Source: Eledone cirrhosa
Taxonomy: Eukaryota
NCBI GenBank assembly: GCA_964016885.1
Contig: OZ024742.1
Coordinates: forward strand, 374,604,001-374,668,000
Length of the DNA: 64,000 nucleotides
Reading direction: 5' to 3'
Shown here: positions 26,150-37,653 of the stretch, in pieces
Layout: each line of letters starts with the position of its first letter
Position numbering within the stretch: position 1 is the stretch's first letter
Notes under the pieces: generated by a model
The model's database searches: none
Seen by the model: only the letters and a program-made list of their open reading frames with translations
What the model was told of the DNA's origin: nothing
Made by a program: the position numbers and the translations under genes

Positions 26150-26211
<62 letters not shown>

Positions 26212-26215
<4 letters not shown>

Positions 26216-27453
26216 CTGAATCTATGGTAGAACTAGAGAATAAATTCCAAACCTGGAAGCAGGGACTAGAGAGAAAGGGCCTCAAAGTCAACATGACAGA
26301 GACTAAGGTCCTTATAAGTAGACGAGAAAACAGAACCCAGATCCCCTCAGGGAAATGGCCTTGCTCAGTATGTAGGAAAGGTGTAGGTAGGAACTCCATT
26401 CTCTGCCCCAAATGCAAACAATGGGTACACAAGAGATGTAGCGGGATCTCAGGAAGCTTAATTAAGAATGTAGGATTCACATGCAGCAGCTGTGCTGAAA
26501 CAGCAAGCAAACAGCCACAGGAAACAAGTATCACCAATCTCTGGGAGGGCCCTGTAGAAACAGTAGACAGCTTCTGCTACCTAGGTGACCGAATTAGCAA
26601 CGGAGGTGGGTGCTCAGAAAGTACAATAACTAGGGTAAGAACGGGATGGAAGAAGTTTAGGGAACTACTACCACTGCTAGCTGCAAAAGGCTTCTCCCTC
26701 AGAATGAAAGGCAGACTGTATGATGCATGTATCCGAACAGCGATGTTGCATGGTAGTGAGACCTGGGCGCTGAAGGTGGAAGACTTACGTAGATTAGAGA
26801 GAAATGAAGCCTGCATGCTCCGATGGATGTGTAACAGTAATATACGTGAACGACAAAGCATAAAGGAATTGAGAGAGAGACTGAGCATAAGAGGAATCAA
26901 ATGCTGCGTGCAGGAGAGGCGGTTACGCTGGTATGGACATGTGATGCGTATGAAGGATGACAGCTGCATAAAAAGGTGCAGAGCACTAGAAGTTGATGGA
27001 AACCGCGGAGTGGGGAGACCCAAGATGACTTGGGATGAGGTGATAAAAGCCGACCTTACCCAACTACACCTCTCAAAGTCAATGACACACGACCGTGACT
27101 TCTGGCGTCACGCAGTAATACAGGGTACCCGACCTCCCATGGGTACATGCTGAAGCATATAAACAATATGCCCCCCCCCCCCACCGCAAGGTGGTCGTGG
27201 AAGTGCCACGGCAAAAAAGCACCCAGCCCACACTGTAAAGTGGACGTGTAGGCGCCACGAAAAAGCACCCAGCACTCACTGTAAATGAGGTTGGTGTTAG
27301 GAAGGGCATCCAGCTGTAGAAATCAAGCCAGATCAGTTCCTGTATGAGCAAGGCATGGTCAGCCGACCAGACACTGCCCACAACAGGACAACCCGTCTAA
27401 CCCATGCTAGCGTGGAAGAACGGACGTAAAACGGTGATGATGATGATGATGAT
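26212..27453 (+). mobile_element. RTE subfamily B, young 5'-truncated copy
   Basis: Uninterrupted 309-aa ORF 26224..27153, 3' UTR and (GAT)n tail, lying within (TA)n. Confidence 0.97.
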
Positions 27454-27460
27454 ATATATA

Positions 27461-28580
27461 TTGTTATGCTTTGGGAGGGTCATGTTGCCAATAAGAAACA
27501 CATGCACCAGTTGCTTTCACTCCAATTTATTATAAATTAAATTTATAAATTTCCGGTTGGTTGGTTGGTTCCATAACCGGATGGTTGTTCATATATTGTC
27601 AAAGTTCTTTCGTCACACATTCTGTCCTACACCATCTTGTTTTTGTGTGTGTTGTGTACTTAGTTTGCGCATGTGTTACATCCGGGTGTCTGTGTGTGTT
27701 TTTATTTGTTTATTTATTTATTTATTTACATGTTACTGGTTGGTTGTTTGTTCTATGTGTGTGTGTTTTCATTTTGTCCTTAATTGTAAGTTGTGATGTT
27801 GCTATTCCATTCATGTTTTCTATTTAATTTTGGTTGGAGTTCATTTATGTTTATTGCCTCTGTGATTTGTCTAAACATTGCTTCTTTTCTGTGTGTAGAT
27901 TCTATTTTTATTTCTATGTTCTCTAATTTGCCCTTATGTTCTATTTTAGTATGTTGGTGGAGTATTGATGATTCTTTTTTATCTTGAAGTTCTCGCCAGT
28001 GTTCATTTAACCGTTCTCCTATACTACGAGCTGTCTCACCTATGTACACTATATTCTTATCTTTACATTGTCCTTCAGTACATCTTATGCTATATACTAC
28101 ATTTTTAGTTTTACAGTTAATATGGGGTCTTAGTTTACAGATTATGCATTTCTTATCTATACAGGGAGGTCTTTGAAAAGGGTATGTATTGCTAATAAGT
28201 GTTTTTATGGAGGTACCTGGTCTTTCTACTATCTTAATATTAAGTTTATGTTTATCTAGGGCCTTTCTAAATTTGTAAGCTAATTCACCTCTATTTATTG
28301 CTATCATACCATGAGTTTATTCTATTAACCTTATTCCTAGTTCTTTCTATTCTATTCCAAAATTTGGTCCTATACAAGGGGCAGGTCCCATTTGTATCAT
28401 TATTTACCATTTTTTCCCATTTGGTTCTGGCTCCTCTATATACTCTGATTTTATCTCTCTGATTATAACCAGAAAACTGCATACGGTGGATGAAGTGTTG
28501 TATGTGTCTCTCTAGTTCTTTGGGGTTGCACATGCGGGACACGTTTCTCATCACCCGTACCAAATCCGCAATCAGTATGC
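27461..28580 (-). mobile_element. Penelope-like element fragment (RT thumb, GIY-YIG endonuclease, 3' region)
   Basis: ORF 27780..28307 has C..C..C, NVVY.I.C...C...YIGET.R....R..EH, H....H and EA..I....P.LN. ORF 28291..28580 has LVRVMRNVS...MQFSGY, resembling a PLE thumb. Confidence 0.9.
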
Positions 28581-31500
28581 TGGGTGCTTTTCTGCCGTAG
28601 CACCTCCACGACCACTTTGCAGTGGGAGAGTGTGGGGGCATATTGTCTATATGCTTCAACTTGTACCCATGGGAGGTCGGGTACTCTGTATTACTGCGTG
28701 ACGCCAGAGGTCATCGCCTTTGAGAGGTGTAATTGGGTAAGGTCGGCTTTTATCACCTCATCCCAGGTCTTCTTGGGTCTCCCCACTCCATGGTTTCCAA
28801 TGACTTCTAGTACTCTGCACCTTTTTATACAGCTGTCATCCTTCATATACATCACATGTTCATACCAACGCATCCGCCTCTCCTGCACACAGCATTTGAT
28901 TCCTCTGATGCTCAGTCTCTCTCTCAATTCATTTATGCTTTGTCGTTCGCATATATTACTATTACACATCCATCGGAGCATGCAGGCTTCGTTTCTCTCT
29001 AATCTACGTAAGTTTCCACCTTCAGCGCCCAGATCTCACTACCATGTTACGTTGTTGTTCGGATACACGCATCATACAGTCTGCCTTTCATTTTTGGGGA
29101 GAAGCCTTTTGCAGCTAGCAGTGGTAGCAGTTCCCTGAACTTCTTCCATCCCGTTCTTACCCTAGTTATTGTACTTTCTGAACACCCACCTCCGCTGCTA
29201 ATTCGGTCACCAGGTAGCAGAAGCTGTCTACTGTTTCTACAGAGCCCTCCAGTGAAGCCTACATTCTTAATTAAGCTTCCTGAGATCCCGCTACATCTCT
29301 TGTGTACCCATTGTTTGCATTTGGGGCAGAGAATGGAGTTCTTACCTACACCTTTCCTACATACTGAGCAAGGCCATTTCCCTGAGGGGATCTGGGTTCT
29401 GTTTTCTAGTCTACTTACAAGGACCTTAGTCTTTGTCAGGTTGACTTTGAGACCCTTTCTTTCTAGTCCCTGCTTCCAAGTTTGGAATTTCTTCTCTAGT
29501 TCTACCATAGATTCAGCTATAAGTGTGAGGTCATCTGCATACAGGAGTTCCCATGGGCATCCGGTCTTAAACTCCTCCGTTATTGCCTGCAGGACTATGA
29601 TGAACAGGAGAGGGCTAAGAACAGAGCCCTGGTGGATACCAACCTGTACGCTAAATTCCTCGCTATACTCATTGCTAATCCTAACTTTGCTGACTGCTCC
29701 CCTATACATGGCTTGTACAGCTTCCACAAGTCATTCATCTACTCCTAGTTTTCTAAGAGCCCACCAGATTACAGTACGTGGAACTCTGTCAAAGGCTTTC
29801 TCGAGATCGACGAATGCCAGGTAGAGTGGCTTACTTTTAGCTAGGTACTTTTCCAGGGCATCAGTGGTGCCTCTTCCTGGTACAAACCCAAATTGCATCT
29901 CATCTAGTTTCACCCGGTCCCTAATCAACTGTGCTATAACTCTTTCTGTTACTTTCATGACCTGGTCCATCAGCTTTATACCTTTATAGTTTCCTCTATC
30001 GAGTGCATCACCTTTACCTTTGTAGCAGTTGACAATGATGCTACTACACCAATCTTTTGGTATGACACCTTCTAATATTACCTGGTTACCAATACGTGTG
30101 GTTATAGTGTGACCTACAGACCCAGATGCCTTCAGCATCTCGGCAGCTATACCCGATGGACCGGTTGCCTTCCCCATCTTCATATCTTTGATTGCCTTAC
30201 TTACTACGCTGCTACTGACTTGTACTCCTGGCCCCTCTATAGGGTCTACTTGGGGTAGGATCTCTTCTTCCCATGCATTCTCCTCATTTAGTAATCTATC
30301 ATAATGGCTCTTCCATGCATCTTTCTTCTCAGCACTTGTGAGGGCAAGCTCACCTTTATCATTCCGGATACACTTCTCTCCAATGACATCACAATTCTCT
30401 CTGACACACTGCCTTGCAATCTTGAACACCTCCTGTTTCTGGTCCTCACATTGCAAAACATGCTTGAATTTTCTATCCTCTGCTTCCCTCCTAGCTAAGT
30501 ATACTTGTCGCCTAGCTTCTCTCTTGGTCTCTATGTAATGTACCCTGCTTCCCCCGTTCTTCCATTCTTTCCATGCCTGTCTCTTGGCCTTAACTGCCTT
30601 ATTGTTCCACCACCAAGTCACTCTCCTCCTGCTTGTGGTCTTACTCCAGCCACAGATCTCATCCGTCGCCTCTAGTAAGTTATTTTTTAAGAACTCCCAG
30701 TGCTCTTCTACATTGAATGTCTCTATCTGCTCTTCTTTACTGTTGTAGGCGTTGAGTAAAATATCTTTAAATCTGTTACTGTAGCTTCCAGATCTTTCTT
30801 CTCCAGGTTGGCTTCTGTTTCCAGGTTCGTCTAGTTCTGACTGTGAGGTCGCTGACAACTAAGCTATGTTGGGAGGTACATTCCTCACTAGGGAAGGCTT
30901 TTGTGTTTACGACCGTCCATCTGTCACGTCCTCTGATAGATGAGGATACAATCTATCTGACTAGAATACTCCCCTGATCTATAGGTGATCAGGTGGTTGT
31001 TGGGTTTTTTGAAGTTTGTGTTATATATCGACATGTCATTGGCGTCACAGAATTCTAGAAGTCTGAATCCTTCTTCATTTCTTGTGCCAACCCCATGGCC
31101 TCCGTGGACTCTATTGAAGCCGTCACAGTGTTTATCTACGTGTCCGTTAAAATCTCCTGCAATGATTAGGAAGTCATTGTCATTTGTTAGAGCAGTAGTG
31201 TGCATTAGGGACTCGTAAAACCTATCCTTAAGTTCGGCTGGCAACCCCGATTGGGGTGCGTAAGCTGATATTATTGTGGTAATTGTTTTATTTAGGACTA
31301 GTCTGAGTTTAATGATTCTTGCATTTACCCTGTACACTGAGATTACTTTATCTACCCACTTGTCAGCTAGTAGAATGCCTACACCACCCATCCCATCGTC
31401 ATTTCCCACCCAGAAAAATTTGTAGCACTGACTTTTTCCTACAAGGACTCTAGCAGACTCTCCTCTCCATCTAGTCTCTTGCACACAGCATACATCAATT

Positions 31501-31750
31501 TCCTTTCGCTCTAGCATCTCTACGATTTCTCATGCTCTTCCTTTCATTGTGCTTACATTGATGGTACCAACTCAGAGTTTTGGGCATTTGTCAACATTCA
31601 TGGGAAAGGGTAGATTTTTGTAGGGGTGTGTGTATGCTTCCTGATCTGAATTGAAGCTTCACATGGGTGCTTGGTAGCTCGCGGATTCATATTCATTTAT
31701 TAATTCAGGGTTGCTCCATTTATTCTCAGCTCATCCATACATAACGGTAG
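28581..31750 (-). mobile_element. RTE subfamily B, near full-length (APE and RT), frameshifted, missing the distal 3' UTR
   Basis: APE in 30924..31517 (CVQETRW, GVG, SAYAPQ, AGDFNGH, QIDCIL). RT in 29731..30858 and 29047..29727 (LYADD). C-terminus in 28691..28981. The 5' boundary is approximate. Confidence 0.95.
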
Positions 31751-31986
31751 GAAAATTCAGGGCTAGAAGAATAGTGGTGGTGGTAATAATGGCAGGGTGT
31801 GTTGGGCTGGGACGGGGGAGGAGAGAGGTAGGTAGTAGTAGAAATGGTAGAGTTTGTTGGGGTTGGTAGTGGGTGAGGGGGGCATGCTGAGGTTTGATTG
31901 GTCGAATATATCATCATTTATCATCATCATCATCATTTCATTTTACGTCCGCTTTTCCCTGCTTGCAAGGGTGGGACTACTATATA

Positions 31987-32039
<53 letters not shown>

Positions 32040-32162
32040 GGAGGTGAGTTTTTTTGTAGTACAATAAAGCAATGCAGATATCAGATAAGAAGCACTCTAC
32101 AATTTGTAGGACTGGAGTATACATAATATATAAGATCAAAAGATGGTTAAAAGAGTTCCATG

Positions 32163-32233
32163 TATTTTATTATGCGCATTTCAAAAACAAATATCATCAT
32201 GCAATAACATTTGTGTTTTCATCAGATAAAATA
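32163..32233 (-). ncRNA. Candidate minimal type I hammerhead ribozyme (left arm)
   Basis: Reverse-complement copy of 32268-32338. Confidence 0.7.
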
Positions 32234-32267
32234 GGAAGACATGATATGAAGGTTAAAAAACACTTCC

Positions 32268-32338
32268 TATTTTATCTGATGAAAACACAAATATTATTGC
32301 ATGATGATATTTGTTTTTGAAATGCGCATAATAAAATA
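32268..32338 (+). ncRNA. Candidate minimal type I hammerhead ribozyme (right arm)
   Basis: TATTTTAT (32268-75), CTGATGA (32276-82), stem II, GAAA (32319-22), palindromic TGCGCA, TA, ATAAAATA (32331-38). Confidence 0.72.
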
Positions 32339-32389
32339 CATGGAACTCTTTTAACCATCTTTTGATCTTATATATTATATATATATTAT

Positions 32390-32508
32390 GAAGGCGTGTG
32401 GCTGAGTGGTTAGAGAATTGGATTCACAATCTTGAGATTGTGAGTTCGATTCCTGGACCGGGCGATGCGTTATGTCCTTGAGCAAGTCACTTTATTTCAC
32501 GTTGCTCC
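32390..32508 (+). mobile_element. tRNA-derived SINE head
   Basis: A box TGGCTGAGTGG and B box GAGTTCGATTCC, followed by GTCCTTGAGCAAGTCACTTTATTTCAC. No complete acceptor stem. Confidence 0.8.
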
Positions 32509-32968
32509 TTCTACCTGGAGTTGCGACCGATAGATAGTATTAGCAACTGGAAAGACCGACGAAAACATTATTTCCTCGGTCTGATTTGATGAAAGTCGAT
32601 CGATCCGAAATATATACATATATATATATATATATATATTATATAAATTATTTCTGAGTAGTGAAGACGTATGTATATTTTCTTACTATGATATTTTGTA
32701 ATATATTTTACATAGATCAATAATAGAATGGACATACAGGGAACTAACTACCCCCCACAAACGATCGTAAAATAATGAGTTTTATTATGAATTAACCGTT
32801 TTTTGTTTAATTTTATTGTTTTCACTATTTGTATTTTTGACTCTGTATCCAATGAATTATATCATTGAAAATTTTGTATTTTAAACTTTGCTTCACAACA
32901 TCTTCATACGGATTACACTGAGTTCTTCATATGGCTTAGACCCTACCACTAATTGCTGGATTTATCTG

Positions 32969-33179
32969 TATATATATATATATATTATATATATTATATT
33001 ATATTATATATATATATGTTTATATATATTATATATTATATATATTATATTATATTATATATATATATATATGTTTATATATATTATATTATATTATATA
33101 TATATATGTTTATATATATTATATATTATATATATTATATTATATTATATATATATATATATGTTTATATATATTATAT

Positions 33180-33225
<46 letters not shown>
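32969..33225. repeat. Compound (TA)n/(TATAT)n microsatellite with internal block duplication
   Basis: Seen directly. It is the source of the I/Y ORFs 32888..33283 and 32953..33264. Confidence 0.9.
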
Positions 33226-33226
<1 letters not shown>

Positions 33227-33594
33227 CATCATCATTGTCCATCTTCCACGCTAGCATGGGTTAGACGGTTTTGTTCCATTTGATGCGGGAGTGGTTGGGA
33301 GACCATGTCTCGCTCGCACGGAAGCGTCTCTGACAGGTTTCTTTTACAGCTGGAATGCCCTTCCTAACATGTATGATAAATGCACATGGCCTTGTGGCTA
33401 GGATGTTGGACTTATGACAATAAAGTCGTGGGTTCAATTTTGTTTCATTCGTATGACATCATCTGGATATACTGATGATTTCATATAAATGAAACAGTTC
33501 TAGTCCTGTAGAAGTCATTTCTATAAATATATATATATATTCTATTATTCTATTATGTGTTCCAGCTGACAGGCTGAGGCCATGCTGGGGCACC

Positions 33595-33629
<35 letters not shown>

Positions 33630-33698
33630 CAAAGATGTATATTGAGTACCCTTTTTAACTGTGGTTTCGCCACAACACAACTTGGGAAATACATATTA

Positions 33699-33741
<43 letters not shown>

Positions 33742-33869
33742 ATAATAATAAATTTGAAGACTAAAATCCAAAGAGGGCTCGATAAGGATAAATATATATC
33801 TAATATATAAGAACCGTAGAGCAAATATTTATTAAACTTTAATCTGTTATTTTAATAAATATATATATA

Positions 33870-34440
33870 TATATCATTTAGCTTCCAGTTTCCCTGCTAG
33901 CAAGAATTAGGCATTTTGTCACAGACTAGTTAGTACTCAAGCAGAGCCATAAATCTCAACATGGGTCTTCGGTTGTTCATATGATCCAGTGTTCTACCAA
34001 GTATATTTTATTGTGATACCAACACTAGGGAAGTTGTTATATCTTGACACAGTTGAAGAGTTCTCCCAAACCAGGTTTTCTATGGTTGGATGCCCTTCTT
34101 ATCATCAACCACTTCACAGGGTGTACTGGGTGCATTTATCATGTAGATCACTAACACTAGGGAGTTGTCATGTCTATGGCACAGCTGAGGAGTTCCCTTA
34201 GTCTTTTGGCTAGATGCCCTTCCTAACACCAAACATGTTACTGAGTGTGTTTATTGTGTAGCTCACCAACACTGAAGAGGTTGTTGTATCCCTGACATAA
34301 CTAAAAAGTCCTCATGACTCTTTTGGCATGGTTTTTTACAGGGGATTGCTGTTCCTTACAGGGTTTCATGAGTGCATTTTTCTTGACACCAGCACTAAAG
34401 AGATTGCTAGCCATTGAGTCAACTGAAAAGTCCTCTATAC
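33870..34440 (-). mobile_element. Degenerate RTE-tail SINE-like element with tandem ~135-bp blocks
   Basis: Repeated CCAACACTAGGGA.GTTGT...GACACAGTTGAAGAGTTC...GGATGCCCTT. Reverse orientation of the 1143-1592 type. Confidence 0.55.
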
Positions 34441-34906
34441 CTTACAGACAGGGATGGGGGTGTATGGCATGTGCCAAAGGTGGAGGGATTTGAGTGAAGA
34501 GTGGTCAGTGGGAGGGGATGGAAAGGCACTGTGATAATAATAGCTATTAATGGCTCTGACAGGTGTGGTGATGTTATGGGGTGGGTGGGGTGATCTAGAT
34601 TATAATGGGAATTTGGGTGGTGACACTGGATAGAATGTTGGTAGGGATGTACAGAAATGCTGTGTATGTTTATATATATATATATATATATATTCTTTGA
34701 TGAGGTTAAAGTATCAACTGTAATCTCCTTGCACACATTACTCACTCACTGAATTATGGAATAAACCTGTCTCTGAGTGCTTACACAGTGTATGTTAGCA
34801 ATGTGGCATGTGCACCTAATTAGCCTGATATGAGCATATATATGCATATCTCTGTATATATATATGTATGTGTGTGTGTATATATATATATACATCACCT
34901 TGATCA

Positions 34907-35062
34907 ACCAGTCTGTTGGGTGCCAATTGGCACCGCTGGTCACAGCACATCGCGCTGTTTTAGCCATAAGATAACGCCATCCCACTGGCTGGACGATACT
35001 CATTTCTACAGCTGAGTAAACTGGAACAAAGTGAAATAAAGTGTCTTGCTCAAGGAATCAAC
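34907..35062 (-). mobile_element. SINE fragment
   Basis: CAGCTGAGTAAACTGG...GTGAAATAAAGTGTCTTGCTCAAGGA, shared with 15368-15398 and 32470-32500. Confidence 0.55.
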
Positions 35063-35089
35063 AGACCATGCAGTTTCCTTCTAGTAAGA

Positions 35090-35332
35090 TTTCATGTGCA
35101 TCACATGTACATACACAGTCTTTCTTTCCTGTTAGTCTACCCGTTATCCCATTACATCTCTTGTATACCCAAGATTTACATTGTGTACACAGTATGGAGT
35201 TTTATGCCTATTCCTTTTCTACATATGGAGTAGGGCCACTTCCTTGAAGGGATCAGGGTTCTATCTTTCCTACTCACTAGCACATTAGTTTTGGCTAAAT
35301 TTACTCTCAGACCCTTTGATTCCAAATTTTAT
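35090..35332 (-). mobile_element. Old RTE RT fragment including a decayed Zn finger
   Basis: Minus strand reads GLRVNLAKTNVL...GKWPYSICRK..NSILCTQCKSWVYKRCNGITGRL. Confidence 0.75.
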
Positions 35333-35397
35333 GGATTTGGCTATAAGGATCAGATCCTCTACAGAGAGTATATATACTTATATTCATATATATGTAT

Positions 35398-35760
35398 ATC
35401 ATCATCATCTCTTAATGTCCATTTTCCACGCAAGATTGGGTTAGACAAGTTGTCCTGCTGTGAGACAAGCCAGATAAGATGACCGTGACATGTTCATATA
35501 GAACTGTTTCTGCATTAGTTTCTATGGCTGGATGCCCTTCCTAACACGAACCACATTTACAGTGTGTCATGGGCTCTTTTAGTCATGACACCACACAATC
35601 ACTTTACAGTGTGGACTGGGTGCTTTTTGTTGTGACACCTACACAACCACTTTACAGTGTGTACTGGGTGCTTTTTGTTGTGATACCTATGCACTGTAAA
35701 TGTGGTCATGTAGGTGTCACAACAAAAAACGCCCAGCCCATAAAGTGGTGTGTAGATGAC
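35398..35760 (-). mobile_element. RTE-tail non-autonomous element with 48-bp units; the last unit is inverted
   Basis: (ATC)n tail and 3 units on the minus strand, then CACTGTAAATGTGGTCATGTAGGTGTCAC on the plus strand from ~35692. Confidence 0.7.
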
Positions 35761-35914
35761 CTCAAGTGATATTGTCAACATACCATCCATTCACCACTGT
35801 ACTACCACCTATACACTCTACCTTACTGTGTGTGTGACCTCAACTGAAATTGTCAACAACCCACAATAAATTGATTTATATAAGTGCTGAAGCTTTTAAA
35901 AATCGGCTTATGTG

Positions 35915-35972
35915 ATGGTGGTGGTTGTAGTAGTAGTAGTGGTGGTAGTAGTAGTGGAGGTGGTGGTGGTGA

Positions 35973-36004
<32 letters not shown>

Positions 36005-36056
36005 TTGGTGGTGGTAGTGTTGGTGGTGGTGGTAGTAGTAGTGTTGGTGGTGGTTG
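35915..36056. repeat. (GGT)n/(AGT)n trinucleotide repeat
   Basis: Seen directly. It explains the G/S ORF 35884..36147. Confidence 0.9.
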
Positions 36057-36282
36057 TGAATGTGTTGGTCTCTGCGCAGTGTTAAATTGGAGTAAACAAG
36101 CTGTTATTATTATTATATTATTTATTCCTTGTTATTGCGTCTTATAAATCTCAACAGTTGTAATGTTGATATAAGAAATCAAAGCAAACAACATATCGAC
36201 CTTAAACTCGACCTCGCACGAGAGAAAATAATATTTAAACTAGAACTAAATATAATATAATGTCCATATGGGTGGATATCGT

Positions 36283-37132
36283 TAGATATAGAGATACATA
36301 GATATCATATGTAAGATATAAAGATACATAGATATCATATGTAAGATATAAAGATACATGGATATCATATGTAAGATATAAAGATACATAGATATCATAT
36401 GTAAGATATAAAGATACATGGATATATGTAAGATATAATGATACATAGATATCATATGTAAGATATAATGATACATAGATATCATATGTAAGATATAAAG
36501 ATACATGATATCATATGTAAGATATAAAGATACATGGATATCATATGTAAGATATAAAGATACATGGATATCATATGTAAGATATAAAGATACATGGATA
36601 TCATATGTAAGATATAAAGATACATGGATATCATATGTAAGATATAAAGATACATGGATATCATATGTAAGATATAAAGATACATGGATATATGTAAGAT
36701 ATAATGATACATAGATATCATATGTAAGATATAAAGATACATGGATATCATATGTAAGATATAAAGATACATGGATATATGTAAGATATAATGATACATA
36801 GATATCATATGTAAGATATAAAGATACATGGATATCATATGTAAGATATAATGATACATAGATATCATATGTAAGATATAAAGATACATAGATATCATAT
36901 GTAAGATATAAAGATACATGGATATCATATGTAAGATATAAAGATACATGGATATATGTAAGATATAATTGTTTCTACTTTTAGGCACAAGGCCAGCAAA
37001 TACCCAGTGCATTACTGGTACTTTTATTTTATCGACCCCGTAAGGATGAAAGGCAAAGTCAACCTTATGTAAGATATAAAGATACATGATATCATATGTA
37101 AGATATAAAGATACATGGATATCATATGTAAG
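36283..37132. repeat. 30-bp minisatellite (GATATCATATGTAAGATATAAAGATACAT[G/A])n with 27-bp variants
   Basis: Seen directly. Interrupted by a SINE fragment at 36968-37065. Degenerate units continue at 37467-37550. Confidence 0.96.
36968..37065 (-). mobile_element. 5'-truncated SINE inserted in the 30-bp minisatellite
   Basis: Reverse complement of 16820-16917. Confidence 0.85.
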
Positions 37133-37136
37133 AAAT

Positions 37137-37465
37137 AGGCAGCGAATTGACAGTCGTTAGAACGTCAGAGAATGCTTTGTATTCATTGCGGCTCTGCTCT
37201 CTGAGTTCAAATCCCGCCAAGGTCAACTTCGCCTGTCATCCATTCGAAGTCAATAAAAAAAGTACCAATCTAGTACTAGGGTCTTCCTCTATATCTATTT
37301 CTCATTTCATTTCTCTTACTCTCTCTATCCTTCTCTGGAAGAAATCCGCTGTATTCAAACTGGGGATGAGATGGGCTCTGCCAGGTTTTAAAAAATGCCC
37401 TAGAAACGCTGTATGTCAATATGGCGCCCCTACGACTTCCCCAGGAGTTATGGGTTATTACCATA
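37137..37465 (+). mobile_element. SINE with a 3' extension shared with 56270-56600
   Basis: B box CTGAGTTCAAATCCC and core, then a pyrimidine tract and CTGGAAGAAATC.GCTGT.TTCA. Confidence 0.65.
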
Positions 37466-37573
37466 CCATGTAAGATATAGAGATATATGGATATCAGATG
37501 TAAGATATAGAGATACATGGATATTGTATAGATATAGAAATAAATGGATATTCTTAAAACGTAAATCCAAATA

Positions 37574-37653
37574 CAGGGTGTCCCCCGAAAATGTATACAC
37601 ACGTCAACAGCATTCTAATAAATATGTGTATACATTTTTTTGGAGACACTCTG
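37574..37653. mobile_element. 80-bp Tc1/mariner-type MITE
   Basis: TIRs CAGGGTGTCCCCCGAAAATGTATACAC and GTGTATACATTTTTTTGGAGACACTCTG, with TA on both sides. Confidence 0.8.

Larger units (their letters stand above)
32123..32378. repeat. Fold-back: 116-bp inverted arms (1 mismatch) around a 24-nt spacer
   Basis: 32123-32238 is the reverse complement of 32263-32378. Confidence 0.95.

Noticed and set aside
27480-27600. Expected hammerhead in the Penelope 3' region
   Set aside because: A CCGGTT/AACCGG hairpin followed by GAAA exists on the minus strand, but no CUGANGA precedes it.
32390-32465. tRNA gene
   Set aside because: It has A and B boxes but no proper acceptor stem, and it runs into a SINE body found elsewhere in the window.
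32888-37087. I/Y-rich, G/S-rich and MISMYLYILH-repeat ORFs
   Set aside because: They derive from (TA)n, (GGT/AGT)n and 30-bp tandem repeats.
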